NCBI GenBank assembly: GCA_009914755.4
Contig: CP068257.2
Location: forward strand, 15,872,001-15,936,000
DNA length: 64,000 nt
Direction of reading: 5' to 3'
Source of the DNA: the human T2T-CHM13v2.0 reference genome, Homo sapiens
Shown here piece after piece: positions 30,239 to 45,595 of the stretch. Within the stretch, counting starts at the first letter, position 1. Each line of letters starts with the position of its first letter. Under the pieces are notes generated by a model that was given only the letters and a program-made list of their open reading frames with translations, did not search any database and had not been told where the DNA came from. A program made the position numbers and the translations under genes.

Positions 30239-33110
30239 GTAAGTTTGATATGTCCTTGCTCGCTTAGCAGCTGTCTGTGCAACTATCTGATGTGTCCATC
30301 ACCTTGCCAGTCACATGGATGGGCTGCAGGGAGCTAGGAAGGAAGCCCCCCAACTTCTCAGGCTTTATGGTCTGGGTGAGGAAGGCAATTGCTCTGGTGG
30401 AAATTGAGGACACATGTAATGGAGGGAAATAGATAATGAGTGTGACCTAAGGTTACAGAAGAGCAAAAGATCACTGGAGTTCTTAGAGACACTTCAGGGA
30501 AGAAGAGGAACTTATGAAAGTTCTGACAATCTGGATTTGAGGCGGGGAATAGCAGAGGCCTAGATGGAGCAGGCATGACGTTGAGACAGGAGTGTGTGTT
30601 GTGTTAGGAGATGGCACATAACTGTGCTTTGTTAAACGTTAGACAGAATTGAAATTTTTAAGTTTTACCCAAGGATTCTGTCAGCAGTAGAAGTGTCATT
30701 AGCTATGGTGTAACAACTACATAGTATTACAGTCTATTTTCCTTATTTTTTCAAGTTAAATATCCTGTCCAATGAATTTTTTAAAAGACAAAATCTTTTT
30801 AAATTTATTTTTTTTACTTTGACTTTAAAACTTCCCAGTGTAAAAATGAAGTCTTTAGAGCAAAAAACAATCTATAAAATATTTAGTCTTAAATTTAAAA
30901 AATCTTAAAACATTGTTTCAGTATTTTTTCTAATCAAAGTAATAAGAGTCTAATGTAGAAAACTTGGAAAGCCAAAAATAGCACAGAGGAGGAAACATGC
31001 CTAATAATCTCATCTCCAAATATATGTCATGTTTTACCTTTTCAATGGTTCTAGAATACTTTATTTAGAATGTTGCATATTGGCTTTGTCTGACACATTT
31101 AATTTTTTAAAAAGTTAATAAATTATATTAGATCAGGGAGAGGAAAATAAGTCCAAATATTTAGGTAAATATAGTAATATATATATTTGGAAGAGAAATT
31201 TTGTTTTTACTTCATTTGTTCATGTAAAAGAAGGGGATATTTAAAAGTTACAAGTAACATCCTTCCATTTAATGGCTGAATCAGTGCAGTTAGGTAATTA
31301 ATATTTTTGGCAAACCCAGTCGGTTTGCCCTTGATGTTTATGTTAAGGAAATAATTAAGGTGCTTTCCCAAGTTGTGAGTGACTAGAGCCACCCCCTCCA
31401 AAGATGTAACCTCTGCCCTGATTCTGTTACCAGAACTTCTTTCTGTTTCCCTGAGCAAAATAAATCGGGCCTGACTCATTTTATCTACTCAGCCTCGTTG
31501 CCCTGTTCCCTGTCACTCTTACCTCCCCCTTCTCTCCCTTCTCTCTCTCTGGAGGTGCTGGCACCTAGAGTACAGGCTCCTGTCTGAGGTCCTGCAGTTC
31601 CCCGTTCCTGTGACAGTGCAGTGCCTGTCCCGCTTTAGAGCCCAGGACTCTGATCCTGTGCGTAAGATAGGGGAAGCCTAGGAACCATATGGAGAGCGTG
31701 GGTCTTCCGTGCTTCTGCTGAGTGAAGCTTGTGACCAGGTGCATGTAGAGACCAAGAAGCACTGTGCCCTGAGCCATTAGCGTGTCTGTTAATGAGAAGA
31801 AGACTCCAAGTCGTCCATGCTGAGTGAGAGGCACGGCTTTGCCGTCTACAGGAGTTGTAAGATAAATGTGAAACTGGGACTTGACTCTGAGTGACCGTTT
31901 CTGGGTTAAAAACCTAGCTTCTAACCTAAAACACAGTCACATCAGACCAAAAGAAAGAAGGGTTAGGAAGAGATTGATGCAGAAGAGGATGCATACATGG
32001 AATTTAAACTACATATGTTAACAGAGCCCCTATTTTAATATATTTCAGCTAGTAGACAGAATGGTTAAAAACTAGGAATTGGAGGACTGAGCTGGAAAAA
32101 TTTGCATTCTTATTCCTTATGTGATCTCTTTAGTCAGCAGTTACTGTAAACAGCGTGCTTGGGCAGTGTTTTGTATACTTTAATTGTATATACTTAAGCC
32201 TTAAAACAACATAGTAAGGTGAGAATTATTATACATATGGCAAGGAGGAAACAGAGGCCCAGAGATTTTCATGCCCAGAGTAACAAGTGCAGTTGGGATT
32301 TGAACCCAGGTCCCTCTGACTCTCACAGCTGCTCTGTTATCATTTGCACTGTCCTCTGCTGCCTCCCGTGTTTCATAAACCTGTTTCCTCATGTGTAAAG
32401 TAGGAACAGCTATACCTAGCATCTCAGGGTCATTACAAGAATTCAGCAAAATACTGTATTCACACGCATTCTGTAAGCTTATAAATGATATTGAAATGAT
32501 AATCATGTACTGTGCCAAGTTAAATGGATCTGGTCTGCATCTTTGTTGTGTGACTTGGCAAAAGCTGATCAGTGAGAGCCACTTCTTTCCTCAGCCTAAA
32601 TGTCAATGTGGACAATGCCATCGTCCTTGCAGGGTTGTGAAGGGGAATCTGAAGACATGTAAAATTTCATGGTAAATTTCCCATTCCTTAACTAATATTT
32701 ATAACATTGTTTTCTGGGAAGACACTAAGCTAGCTTATAAAATAACCAACAGCGGGAATGCATCTTATTTCTCAAGCCCCCCTTAAAGGACTACTAAGGT
32801 GTGTGTGGAGCATAATGAGCTATTGGAAGTATAAGAGATTGAACTCTACGACCTTTAGAGTTAGATTCCACAGGCAAATTATGATAAGCCTTTTAATCAA
32901 AGGAAATTAATCAAAGGAAGATAGAGTAGCCAGATTTGTGGAGTAGTCAGTGTTGCTTTTGACAAGTGGGTATGTCAAGAAGATTGAGCAAATAAAGTAA
33001 TAGCTTGTGTTTACAGAGTAAGTCAGCTGTGGACCCGTCAACTACTTCTTTTATTTACTTAGCAAACTGGTATTGAGCGCAACCTAGATGCACACAGTTC
33101 ATATATAAAT

Positions 33111-33527
<417 letters not shown>

Positions 33528-34023
33528 TTAGATGACATTTATTCTGATTATACTGCCCATAATTAGCACTCAGGTAAAAGAAATTAATTGCAGGATACAG
33601 GCCGTAGTTGTGTTTCCTGATTATTATTTGAGTTTTGGCATCACTGCTCTTTGGCCCATGGGTCTCGTATAACCAGAATGAAGAGATTTCATTAGCAAAA
33701 AAGAAAAATTATAAAATGTGTTAAATTAATGTTAGAGATTGTTAGAGATGACTACTACAGTTCTCTTCCAAGAAAATATTCCAAACATAGATTTTATTTT
33801 CCCTCTAAAGCATCCAGCCTTTAGTAATTGCCTTCAAAGGCTATGTGTGGTTCAGAAAACTCAGTGGGTTAGGCACAGGTCTTTGCTTTAGTTACAGAAG
33901 ATTCATTCAAAGGACTTGTTAACCTGGGTACACATATCTTAAGAGGTTTATTTTATGATTTTATCTGTTAGAGTCTAGAGCCCTCAAGTAACTCCAACTT
34001 AGTATTAAGACCAAACAAAGTTA

Positions 34024-34464
<441 letters not shown>

Positions 34465-34793
34465 ACAACGAACAAGCAAATCTGTGTTCTTGCCCAATCT
34501 TACTAAATTGCTCTCTAGGACAGTATAGGGCTTTACTATTTTATCATGTTGCGTCTTGGTTTCCCCATTAAAAATAGAAGTCTGGGACTATACCCAAGGA
34601 TCACATTGATTCCTTTCCATTTTCTCGTTCTGTGGTTTGGGTAGTTTTATGTTTCCCCATAATACTGTGTTCTTCTTTTTCTTTTCTGGGAGGGGGCGTT
34701 CTGTAGCAGCAGGTGTATCCAGGGCTCCTTTAAGAGACAGTTTTTTTTGTGTGTGTTTGTTTTTCCTCCTGTCTAATTTTGGCTTTCTTTTAG

Positions 34794-34998
34794 ATTATTT
34801 TATATTCTGGAGACAAAATTTATGATGACTACTATCCAGATCTGAAAGGCCGAGTACATTTTACGAGTAATGATCTCAAATCTGGTGATGCATCAATAAA
34901 TGTAACGAATTTACAACTGTCAGATATTGGCACATATCAGTGCAAAGTGAAAAAAGCTCCTGGTGTTGCAAATAAGAAGATTCATCTGGTAGTTCTTG
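34794..34998 (+). CDS. CXADR: CXADR coding exon 3 (205 nt, phase 0 start). Encodes [68 protein letters not shown] plus the first base of the next codon; second half of D1, includes the N-glycosylation motif NVT
   Basis: Acceptor ggctttcttttag|ATTATT at 34792-34793 and donor GTTCTTG|gtaagt at 34999-35000. The frame is continuous with exons 2 and 4. Confidence 0.95.
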
Positions 34999-35950
34999 GT
35001 AAGTTATTTTTATTTGTGTTAACGGGTTACTGAGTAAGAGAATGATTAGTCATAGTACTGTAGTAGCAGCACTTGTATAAAATAAAGCTTAATTTTTTAG
35101 AATAACAATTTTAAACACTTGAAGTACTTCTATGTTGGATAGCATCAAATATAAAACTAGCTTTTGGTTTTGGATAGGAAAAGTAAGAAGTGATCAACTT
35201 CTTTGTGAAATTCATAAGAGTTTGAAAATAAGTGAACGAGTATTATGGTATGGAGGAAGAACCCTAAGCTAGGAGTTAGGAGATCTAGGGTTTTTGCCTT
35301 GTCCTCAGAATTTGCCCTGAGAATTATGTAGAACCATGTTTCTATGATGAATAATTTAAGCATTTAGAATGGAGATGAAGAAATATGGAAGAAGGAATAT
35401 TGAATTCAAGTAAGGCCATTAGGCATCACATAGTATTTAAGCTTCTTGGCATCACTGTTTTTCATCATTAAAGTGAGGAGATGAGACATTCACTGATATC
35501 TTATAGCCCTCTCTGTAATAGTTAAGAGGGAGGTAGTGTAAACTGCTTTGTAAACTGCCAAAGACTACAGAGTTTATTATCCTTCTCTAGATTCTGTGAT
35601 AATGTCTACAAGCACTCTTAATCCCTTCAAATTGAGAAACTGAAAGATAATAGTTCATAAATATACTTCTAAAACCATACTGTGGTAAGCTTTACACAAA
35701 ATGTACATTGGCTACCATGTAGAAAAACATAGCTGTCTAGCTCTCTGCTTAATGACAGTAAATTCCCCTGTCCTCATGTTTTAGGAGACACTTGGGGATT
35801 GACTTTCATAGGAAAAGCTGATGCTAGAATTGTCTAGCATGACTGGAAATAACTGATCAGGGCAGGCCTCCCACATCAACATTTACCTCATTCCTTCTGT
35901 TTAGAGAACTGATTAGGGGTGGGGTAGAATATTCTAAAGAATACTCTTTA

Positions 35951-36295
<345 letters not shown>

Positions 36296-36627
36296 TAACT
36301 ACTCCTCCTACAAGTAGACCCAGCACTTAACTATTACTCCTAGAGACTAGGAACAAGAGTGGGGATTTTTGTGTACCTTCATGGCAAATTCATGCATTGT
36401 CTTGGTAGATAGACTCTGCTGGCAGCATCATTGAATGGGGACCTGAAGAGGTCCTGGTGAAATGCATCATTCTGAATCGCACTAACTAAAAATGTTTCTT
36501 GTGGTGTGAAAGTAAGTCAATCTAAAAAAGGAACCAGGAAAAGGAATATGGTAATGTTGGAAATTTGAATTTTCTGTGTCTTCATTGAGTAAACATGGAG
36601 TAACTTTTCTTTGTTATAAATGTATAA

Positions 36628-36960
<333 letters not shown>

Positions 36961-39879
36961 TACCTGGTCTGAATTCTTATCACAGACCCAGGAATTCCTG
37001 AGATTATAACCCTGACTATACTTTCTTCCAACACTGCTCTCTAGGAACTATTAAGTTGGAAGATGTATACGGAATATTAACTGGTTCATGATATGCGAAG
37101 CAGAAGATATTTGATTATCGGAATTATTTATTGTGAAACCCCTGTTTGATGGGACAGTTACACTGGGATTAATGGGGTTGGCACATATTCCCAGAAGAGT
37201 TGTGGACAAGCATGTTTGTGTGTTTGTGTATTGTCTGGATCCTGTGGGACCAGGTTCAGGGTCACATTTGCAGTTCTCAACTGAAGAGAACATTACAGCA
37301 GAACATGTCCCAAAAAGGAACCTGAGTTGGGTGGTAGGGGATGGCACATGATGTGGCTCAGTTCACTCATGGCAGGAGCCGTGACTGCCCGGCAGTAGGA
37401 ATGGCCTTTTTATATTAAACTTTGAACCCCAGCATGTCCTAAGAATGGGTAAGTGGGAAGCATTGACACAGTTCACCCTGAGTTACTCCTGGGGAGAATT
37501 TTATAGCCAAGTCAGCCTTCAGTTCAAACCAAGGAGGGGGAGAGGGGATAAACTGGGGATGAGAGGAGAAAGCAGGGAAGTGATTGCCGAAGAGAAGTAG
37601 GGACGACTGGAGCTCTGATCTGGACGAGGTTGTGTCAGAGCCAGAGAATTCCTTGTAGCTTTTTCTTCCATGTTTTTAGATGAGTCGTGACTGCTGCTGG
37701 GAGAAACCACCAGAATTATATTCTCTCGAAGGTGAAAATTAATTGGATTGAAGCTTATCTGTTAGTTTTGCCTGGAAATTCTGCCTGGATTATCTGGGGC
37801 AAAAGATAAGATGAAGTGCCCTCTAGTGACCCAACTAAGTGGTGGTCACTGGAGCTCATTTGATTGACTGATAGTGGCTCTGTCTAATGCTTTGGTTCTT
37901 TTGTGGGAAATCTGAAGTAGTTGCCATCATGGCATTCACAGGGTAATGGCAGTGCATTCATTGAGCTTGTGTGTTATGTGGCCGTTAACCCACAGAGATG
38001 ATTGATAGTCGTCTGGATGTGAGGGGCAGCATGTTGCTGTAGCTTGCTCCATTGCCGTGCCTGCCTTGCTCTTTCAGACACAGCAGAAGCTCTTGTGGAT
38101 GCAGCTCAGTAAAGAAGCAGAAGTGGGAAATGATAACAAAGAGAGTTGATAGAAGGTTACTGTTGTGGCCATATATCACGGGCACCTTCCCCTGGAGCTC
38201 TGGAAGGGCCTGTTTATTGAAACCTTTTGGTATAAAGAGACAGAGTTGTTTTGAAGAGCAGAACATGCACAGTTAACAATTCCTGGACATATATGGTATA
38301 CTCCCACTGCACCATGCCACAGTGGCAGCAGCAAGTGTAGTGGCTCAGTCATCACTGGCCTTAAAGGTCCTAAGGGATTTGCAAACCATTGATACTGGGC
38401 ACGGCCCCTCACTACTTTTTATTTTACAATAATTTTTAGTTTTATGGAAAAGTTGCAAAAATACAAGGAAGTTTCTGAGAGTGGATCCATCATCTAATTT
38501 CCCCTAATGTTAACATCTTACAAAATCATATTATAATTATCAAAACCAGGAAATTAACACTGATACAATACTATTAACTAAATTACAGACCCAGTTTGAA
38601 TTTTACTGTTTTCCGGTAATGTCCTTTTTGTACTAGGATTGCATCTAGAATCCACATGGCATTTATATCTCCTTAATCTCCAGTCACGTCTGGGGGCACA
38701 TGATGTCATGTCTTATTGTTAATCGTGATCGCTTGGTTTAAGTTTTATCTGATGGGCTTCTCCACTCTAGAGTTATTATTTTTCCCTCTATAATTAAAAA
38801 ATGTCTTGGGGGAGCTACTTCGAGACTATGCAGATATGTTATTTCTTATTTAACTTTTGCCTATTGATTTTAGCATCTATTGATAGATTTTGCCTGGAGT
38901 CAGGGTATTTTTGAACCAATAAGAAATTATATTTCTTGGAAGGATGACATCATGATAAAAGTATCCCCTGTCTCATGTAGGGATTTAGAGATTATTTCCA
39001 GTAGACTGGTGCAGCCACTAGCAGGAAAAGATGATGAAGGAATACGTGTATGGAACAGAGCATTACTAAATTGGTGGGATACCATGTCCAACTACAACTT
39101 GATGGTCACATACCCATATCTGAGAAGGACTGTTGTTTGTGTTAGTGATCATGGAAGCAGATGTTCTGAGGACAGCGGCCAGTATGTGGGAAGTCCAGAC
39201 CAAAGAAACATTTAGGAGACAAGACTTTATTCGTGCTCTCTTTGTGGTTTTCTTCTGTTCCAGCAGAGTACCATGGGTTAAGAATTAATCTTCCTCGTAG
39301 TGTAATGGTTGGATGTTGGCATGTAAAAGACTTGTACTTCCTCTTCCCAGTGGAAAGCAGGTGGGCCACTCCAAAGTGTCATTCAGAAACCTGTGTTGGT
39401 AGAATCTTGTTTTATTGTGGACGGGTTGTAGTGAGGCCCTGAATTTCCTAGCAGCTATTTTAAATAACTATCCGTTATTAGATATGTTTAGATTGCTGGT
39501 TATATGGGAGAAAATGGATATAGAAAGGATGAGCGTTAGAGTTAGAATACCATATTACCCATAGATGTTTGATGCACAAAGCATTGCATCAGTTATTTAT
39601 TTGCTGGTAATTTATTCTAATAAAGGATTTATTGGTAGTTTGAAGAACTGGAAGAGAACAAGGCTCATTTCATTGAAGACTCCCAGAATGAAATAATTTG
39701 CAAAACTTATTTAAAAGTCCAATTGATGTAGTCTCCAGAGCACCTGGTCAGATTGAAAAATAAACAGATTTGTTTGGAAAAATCAACAGTGCAGTTAAAT
39801 ATGTGTTGACCCTTATTTTAAAAATGTAAGTAGGAGCAGATGAAGGGGAATACAATTAAATTTGTTAAGGAGTTACTAA

Positions 39880-41000
39880 GAAAGAGTAAGGTCATGGTTG
39901 ATAACCTTAGTTGAAGATACCCCACTGAATATGATAAATCATGTTGAGCCAGTTTTGGGAAACAATTTGACAATTTCTTACAGTGTTAAAATATGTACAG
40001 TCACCATATGATCCAGCAGTTACTAAGACAAAGGAAAGCATACGCCAGTGTTCACATGAGTGTTCAAGCAGCATTATTCATAATACTGCAAAACAAAAAT
40101 GCATTTACCTTTATTCATAGTAGTGAAAGAATAAAAACCCATTCACGACTGAAAAAATGAAAATCAGCTTAAACTAAAAAAGAAAAAAGTCTTGACGTTT
40201 ATCAGCCGGAAGGACAGATACAGATTAAAGTCAGCCACAGAGTTTATAGAAAACATTGTCTCTCCCAAGGTTATAGAGTAGTAGTAAAGCATAGACTATT
40301 GCTGTCTTTTCTAGTGTTGCCCGCAGACCCACATTTCTCTACCCATCCTTTACTGGAATACTCAATTACTAAATGGCCCCACCTCCTCACAGCTCCCACT
40401 TCCTGTTTAATCCTCATTTTTCCTAATCTCAGAAACAGCTGATTGACAGCTGATGGCTACTTCCTTACAACCTCCTGAGAATCCTTCAGCATCCCTGCTC
40501 TTGTCCAGTGGCATTCCGTGGTTCCTCGTAATGCCGTCCTCACTAGTCAATCTGATTTTGATAGACCACACACTTGCTCCTTGTCAGTTTGGCTGACTGG
40601 GCTTTGACAGTAGCCCCAAACTGGAAACACAGTATTCATTAACAGGTGACTGGATAAGCAAACTTGTGTTATAGTCCATTGAAATACTAAAATAACTATA
40701 TATACAATAACGGCTCAATCTCAGAAATGTTATGCTGAATAAAAGAAGACAAGAAAATACATACTGTAGTATTCTATTCATGTGGTTCCAGAAGAAGAGC
40801 TAATCTACAGTGGTAGAATCTGATCAGTGGCTTCCTGGGTCCAGGGTTTTGGAGTCCCATCTATTGTAACCAGCATGAGGGAACTTCCTTGGGAGAGGGT
40901 TGGAGTGGTGCTTAATGGATATAGACACATTTATTAAAAGTGATCAGCCCACGTGATTAACATGTTAACTTTATTGTGTGAATATTATACCTTATTAAAG
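39880..41000 (+). mobile_element. Old L1 (L1M-type) 3'-end fragments, sense, possibly interrupted (intron 3)
   Basis: 39985-40135 (...atgatccagcagttactaagacaaaggaaagcatacgccagtgttcacatgagtgttcaagcagcattattcataatactgcaaaacaaaaatgcatttacc...) resembles the L1 3' region (...ccagcaat.ccactcctaggtatatacccaag...tgttcatagcagcattattcataatagccaaaa...). 40640-41000 (...ctcagaaatgttatgctgaataaaagaagacaagaaaatacatactgtagtattctattcatgtggttccagaagaagagctaatctacagtggtagaa...gatcagcccacgtgattaacatgttaactttattgtgtgaatattataccttattaaa) resembles the extreme 3' end of old L1 elements. Confidence 0.55.
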
Positions 41001-41188
41001 TTCAGCAGAAGAGTATGCAATGCCAAGGTGTTAATCCAGGATTGGGGTGAGTTGCAGGTAATGGAGTTAGTAGTTGTTCTAAACAGTTACCCAGAAACAC
41101 CTGGAATATAACCTCAGATTTCCTTTTTTTTTTTTTAATTAAATATTCTTTTTTACACATGAATTTCCAGGCTGTGAATATCTTTTTG

Positions 41189-41462
41189 ATTCAGGGTCTG
41201 GTTCTGTCACCTAGGCTGGAGTGCAGTGACATGATCAAAGCTTCACTGCAGCCTCAAAATCCTGGTCTCAAGTCATCCTCCTACCCCAGCCTCCCAAGTA
41301 GCTACGACCACAGGCACACATCACCACACCCAGCTAATTTTTCGAAGTTTTTATTATGACAGAGTCTCGCTATGTTACCCAGGCTGGTCTCAAACCCCTG
41401 ACCTCAAGTGATCCCCCCACTGTCTTGGCCTCCAAAGTGCTGAGATTACACTATGCCCAGCC
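41189..41462 (-). mobile_element. Old Alu (AluJ-like), antisense (intron 3)
   Basis: gggtctggttctgtcacctaggctggagtgcagtgacatgatcaaagcttcactgcagcctcaaaatcctggtctcaagtcatcc ... caaagtgctgagattacactatgcccagcc. Confidence 0.85.
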
Positions 41463-42017
41463 CAGGTTTTCTTTTTTGTAGCCTGCTCTTTGGATGGATT
41501 TGAGGTGATGTAAATGCAGAATGCTAGTTGTTCCTTGCCACACTAAGTGTTGTTAGTATTGTTGATGATAAACTGCCTGATTGTCAGGGTTATGGCGCCT
41601 AGAGGGATGTGACTTGGTACATACTGCCAGAGGGTTACATGTCAGGCATGGGGAAGAATAGCTAAGGAATGGGAGGGGGAGCTTCCTTGACTCTCAAGTG
41701 GTCTTGCTGAAAAAAGCAAGTGCATCATTCTTGCTTTTTTTCAGGTGTGCCCCATGAAATGGACAGGCACCGAGCTATGCCTGAGATATTGCCATATCTA
41801 CTAATGCAGTGGCTGCTTGTCTGAGCTTATTCTTTGCTGTTTTGTGTCAGATAAAGCTGAATAAACTGATGTTGATCACTTACTGTGGTCTTTCATTCTT
41901 TTGTGAATTCTGAACCCAGAACCAACTGATAATGAGTCAGTGGTTGTGTACAATGCTGTATTCATAAAAGTAAGTTCCATTCTCTTATGTAAATTTATAA
42001 TTTGTTTTCTCTTTCAG

Positions 42018-42173
42018 TTAAGCCTTCAGGTGCGAGATGTTACGTTGATGGATCTGAAGAAATTGGAAGTGACTTTAAGATAAAATGTGAACCAAAAGAA
42101 GGTTCACTTCCATTACAGTATGAGTGGCAAAAATTGTCTGACTCACAGAAAATGCCCACTTCATGGTTAGCAG
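42018..42173 (+). CDS. CXADR: CXADR coding exon 4 (156 nt). Encodes (V)[51 protein letters not shown](E), the first half of the IgC2-like D2 domain
   Basis: Acceptor ttttctctttcag|TTAAGCC at 42016-42017 and donor GTTAGCAG|gtactg at 42174-42175. Phase-1 boundaries are compatible with exons 3 and 5. Confidence 0.95.
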
Positions 42174-42246
42174 GTACTGCTGATAATAGTATTTGTACCA
42201 CATGCCATTGATTTGGACTAAGATCTAGTAGGGGTGTGTGTGTGAT

Positions 42247-42530
42247 TTGAGATAGGGCCTTGCTCTGTCACCCAGGCTCACTGCAATCACGGCTCACTGA
42301 AGCTTCAACCTCCTAGGCTCAAGTCATCCTCCCACCTCAGCCTCCCAGTTAGCTGGAACTACAGGTGCATGCCATCACACCCTGCTAATTTTTTTTTTAA
42401 AAAATGTGTAGAGACAGGATCTCCCTGCGTTGCCTGTGCTGGTCTCAAACTCCTGGGCTCAAGGAGTCCTCTTTCCTTGGCCTCCCAAAGTGCTGGGATT
42501 ACAGGCATGAGCCCAGGCATGTGCCCAGCC
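42247..42530 (-). mobile_element. Old Alu (AluJ-like), antisense, 73 bp downstream of the exon 4 donor (intron 4)
   Basis: gatagggccttgctctgtcacccaggctcactgcaatcacggctcactgaagcttcaacctcctaggctcaagtcatcc ... ggcatgagcccaggcatgtgcccagcc. Confidence 0.88.
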
Positions 42531-42680
42531 TGCTTGTATATTGTAGATTCCCAGATGCTTTCTTTCCCTTTTCTACATAGAATAATCAGGATTTCCATAG
42601 GAATTATTCAGTGTTTTATAATATCAATTTAGTGTCATATATTATAAATGAAGAGCTATTCTATGATTTCATTTTTTTAG

Positions 42681-43025
<345 letters not shown>

Positions 43026-43744
43026 TAATTGATGAGACATGTTCATGATTACAACTTAGATGGTGGCTAAAGTATAGTAAGAGTTGGCTCTTTAGTGTTT
43101 TGCCTAGATTGAAAATATAGTAATTTACCCATGGTGTGTCTGTAAATTAAAAGAAAACCCGTGTGACACTAACTAGAAAGTTACAAATTGGCCAAATCTG
43201 CTCACCTATTTGTTATAATTGACTTCTTAGTTCAAACTGATGACCAGGCTCCACCCCGCCATCCACTGCATCCTGGTCTTTAGTAGGTTTTCTCTCTGCC
43301 TCTCTGTTTTTCAAACTAAGAGACCAATCTGGGAGTCCTCTTCTGACTTCCTTTTGTATGTTTCTTCCATCTAGGGGGGAATAAAATAGGTTTTGTATGT
43401 TTTCCTGCTGCAGGAAAGATCCTTTGTGGAATGCGGTAGCGTTTATAGTCTTATGTGCCCCAAGATGGGTTTGCAGCAGGTACACAGTGGACCAGCACCC
43501 CTGCTCCAGCTGAGGCTGTGTGCTGCAGGGGATCATGGTTACTTTCACCTTGATACATGTGAACTGGAAGCATGATTGAATTCTGGAAACATCTGTGTGG
43601 CTCAATGCCAGTTTGCTTGCATCCAGCCTTGGTCTGTCTTGCTTTTAACTGGATTGTTTAATTTGGAGAGGACTATGTTTACTAACACCTGATAACAATA
43701 CATACTATAAAAATGAGTTTGTTTTCTTTTTCCTCCTTCCATAG

Positions 43745-43867
43745 AAATGACTTCATCTGTTATATCTGTAAAAAATGCCTCTTCTGAGTACTCTGGGACA
43801 TACAGCTGTACAGTCAGAAACAGAGTGGGCTCTGATCAGTGCCTGTTGCGTCTAAACGTTGTCCCTC
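43745..43867 (+). CDS. CXADR: CXADR coding exon 5 (123 nt). Encodes (E)[40 protein letters not shown](P), the second half of D2, including the NAS glycosylation motif
   Basis: Acceptor tcctccttccatag|AAATGACT at 43743-43744 and donor GTCCCTC|gtaagt at 43868-43869. Confidence 0.95.
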
Positions 43868-44380
43868 GTAAGTTATCTTCTTTCTGTTGGTGGTTTTGTT
43901 TCTGTTATCTTTATACCACCTCCTTTAGTTCAGTCAGCAAGTGTGTATTAAGGACAAAGGGACACTGACTTTGATCAGAACACTGTGGTTTGATTATTAG
44001 CTTTTCTAGAAAAATACATTTTATTAAAAAAACTTCATAATTGCAATGATATATTAAGAAGGTAAGAGTTGTCAAATCAACCCTTGTACCATATTTAGCT
44101 GTTATAAGTATGAGTAGCTTAGAACATTCTTATATGTTAACCAAGATAGCTTTGAATATTAAAATCTTTCAGACAGGTTTTATCATTTTAATGCTTGGAA
44201 TAGATTATACAGTTCAGAAGACAGTTCTTTTTATGAATTTTTCCCCCGGATCAAAAAGACTAAATAATTTGTCTTAAAGTTAACACGTGATGAAATCAAT
44301 CTAAAAATGTATAGCCTACCTTCAGTATCTATACATGTATATATGTATATATTTTTTACTATTAATTCTTCTTATTTTAG

Positions 44381-44519
44381 CTTCAAATAAAGCTGGACTA
44401 ATTGCAGGAGCCATTATAGGAACTTTGCTTGCTCTAGCGCTCATTGGTCTTATCATCTTTTGCTGTCGTAAAAAGCGCAGAGAAGAAAAATATGAAAAGG
44501 AAGTTCATCACGATATCAG
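44381..44519 (+). CDS. CXADR: CXADR coding exon 6 (139 nt). Encodes (P)[45 protein letters not shown](R): the transmembrane helix, the juxtamembrane di-cysteine (palmitoylation site, established knowledge) and a basic stop-transfer stretch
   Basis: Acceptor ttcttcttattttag|CTTCAAAT at 44379-44380 and donor GATATCAG|gtaatt at 44520-44521. The hydrophobic 23-residue segment is visible directly in the translation. Confidence 0.95.
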
Positions 44520-45379
44520 GTAATTAAGTGAGACAGGAGTTGACTGATGTATACCAAATATATGTCATTTCTCTAAAGCATTCGTTCTCTTATTAACCAC
44601 CCAAAGCATCTTTCTTAGGAGAATGGGTAAAAGCTCTGGCCGCCTTCTCAATACATTTGAAAGCATTTACTTCTAACTGCAAGTGCAGAGCTCCAACCAC
44701 CATTCGTTGTGCCCCGCTCCCCAACCTTCTCGTACCCCATTTTAAGAACCACTGCCAAATGATTATCTCAAGACTGCCTGCTTCTTGAGAAGAATCCCTG
44801 CCTGCAGTGGTAGGGATGAAGTAGATATTGAGGTTTGAAAAAAAAACTGACCTGATTGTATCAAGTAATCTGGAAGTTTGTAGAACAATTGGTAGTATAA
44901 TTTTTATTTTCCTTAAATATTCTAAATCAGTAGGTCTTAACGAGAAGTGTGCATATTAGATAATAGAATTTTAGAAGTAATAACACATGACTTCACACCC
45001 TAGAAATTGACATTTGGCAGGTCTAGGGTGGGGTCTGGACACTTGTACAGGCACACTTCAGAGTTATCGCACACTGCGATAAATCACATGAATGTTTTTG
45101 TTTTTCCAGTGCATAAAAGGTTATGTTTATACTATATTGTAGTCTAAAATGTGCAGTAGCATTATGTGTAAAAAAACAGTGTAGATACCCCAATTAAAAA
45201 ATATTGCTAAAAAATGCTAATGATTATCTGAGCCCTCAGTGAGTCTTAATCTCTCTGCTGGTGGAAGGTCATGCCTCACTGTTGATGACTGGTGGCTGAT
45301 CAGGATGGTAGTTGCTGAAGGTTGCAGTGGCTATGGCAATTTCTTTCTTTGGTTGTTGGGTTTTTTGTTGTTTGTTTTC

Positions 45380-45595
45380 TGAGACAAGGTCTCGCTCTCT
45401 GTTGCCCAGGCTGGAGTGGAGTGATACAATTATGGCCCACTGCAACCTCTGCCCCCTGGGTTCAAGTGATCCTCCCACCTCAGCTTTCCGAGTATCTGGG
45501 ACTACAGGCATAAGCCACCACACCTGACTAATTCTTGTATTTTTTGTAGAGATGGGGTTTCACCATGTTGCCAAGGGTGGTCTCGAACTCCTGGG
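45380..45595 (-). mobile_element. Old Alu (AluJ-like), antisense, truncated (intron 6)
   Basis: gagacaaggtctcgctctctgttgcccaggctggagtggagtgatacaattatggcccactgcaacctctgccccctgggttcaagtgatcc ... tgtagagatggggtttcaccatgttgccaagggtggtctcgaactcctgggctgca. Confidence 0.85.

Noticed and set aside
38860-39460. Two overlapping ORFs (111 aa +, 75 aa -) in intron 3 with faint resemblance to transposable-element-derived coding sequence.
   Set aside because: I could not match it to a specific L1, ERV or transposase motif. It is probably a decayed LTR or ERV fragment; left unannotated.
43213-43605. 130-aa minus-strand ORF in intron 4.
   Set aside because: It has no recognisable protein family, no repeat-independent conservation signal that I can assess, and no splice context. 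It falls in a unique AT-rich intronic region, so it is most likely a chance ORF.
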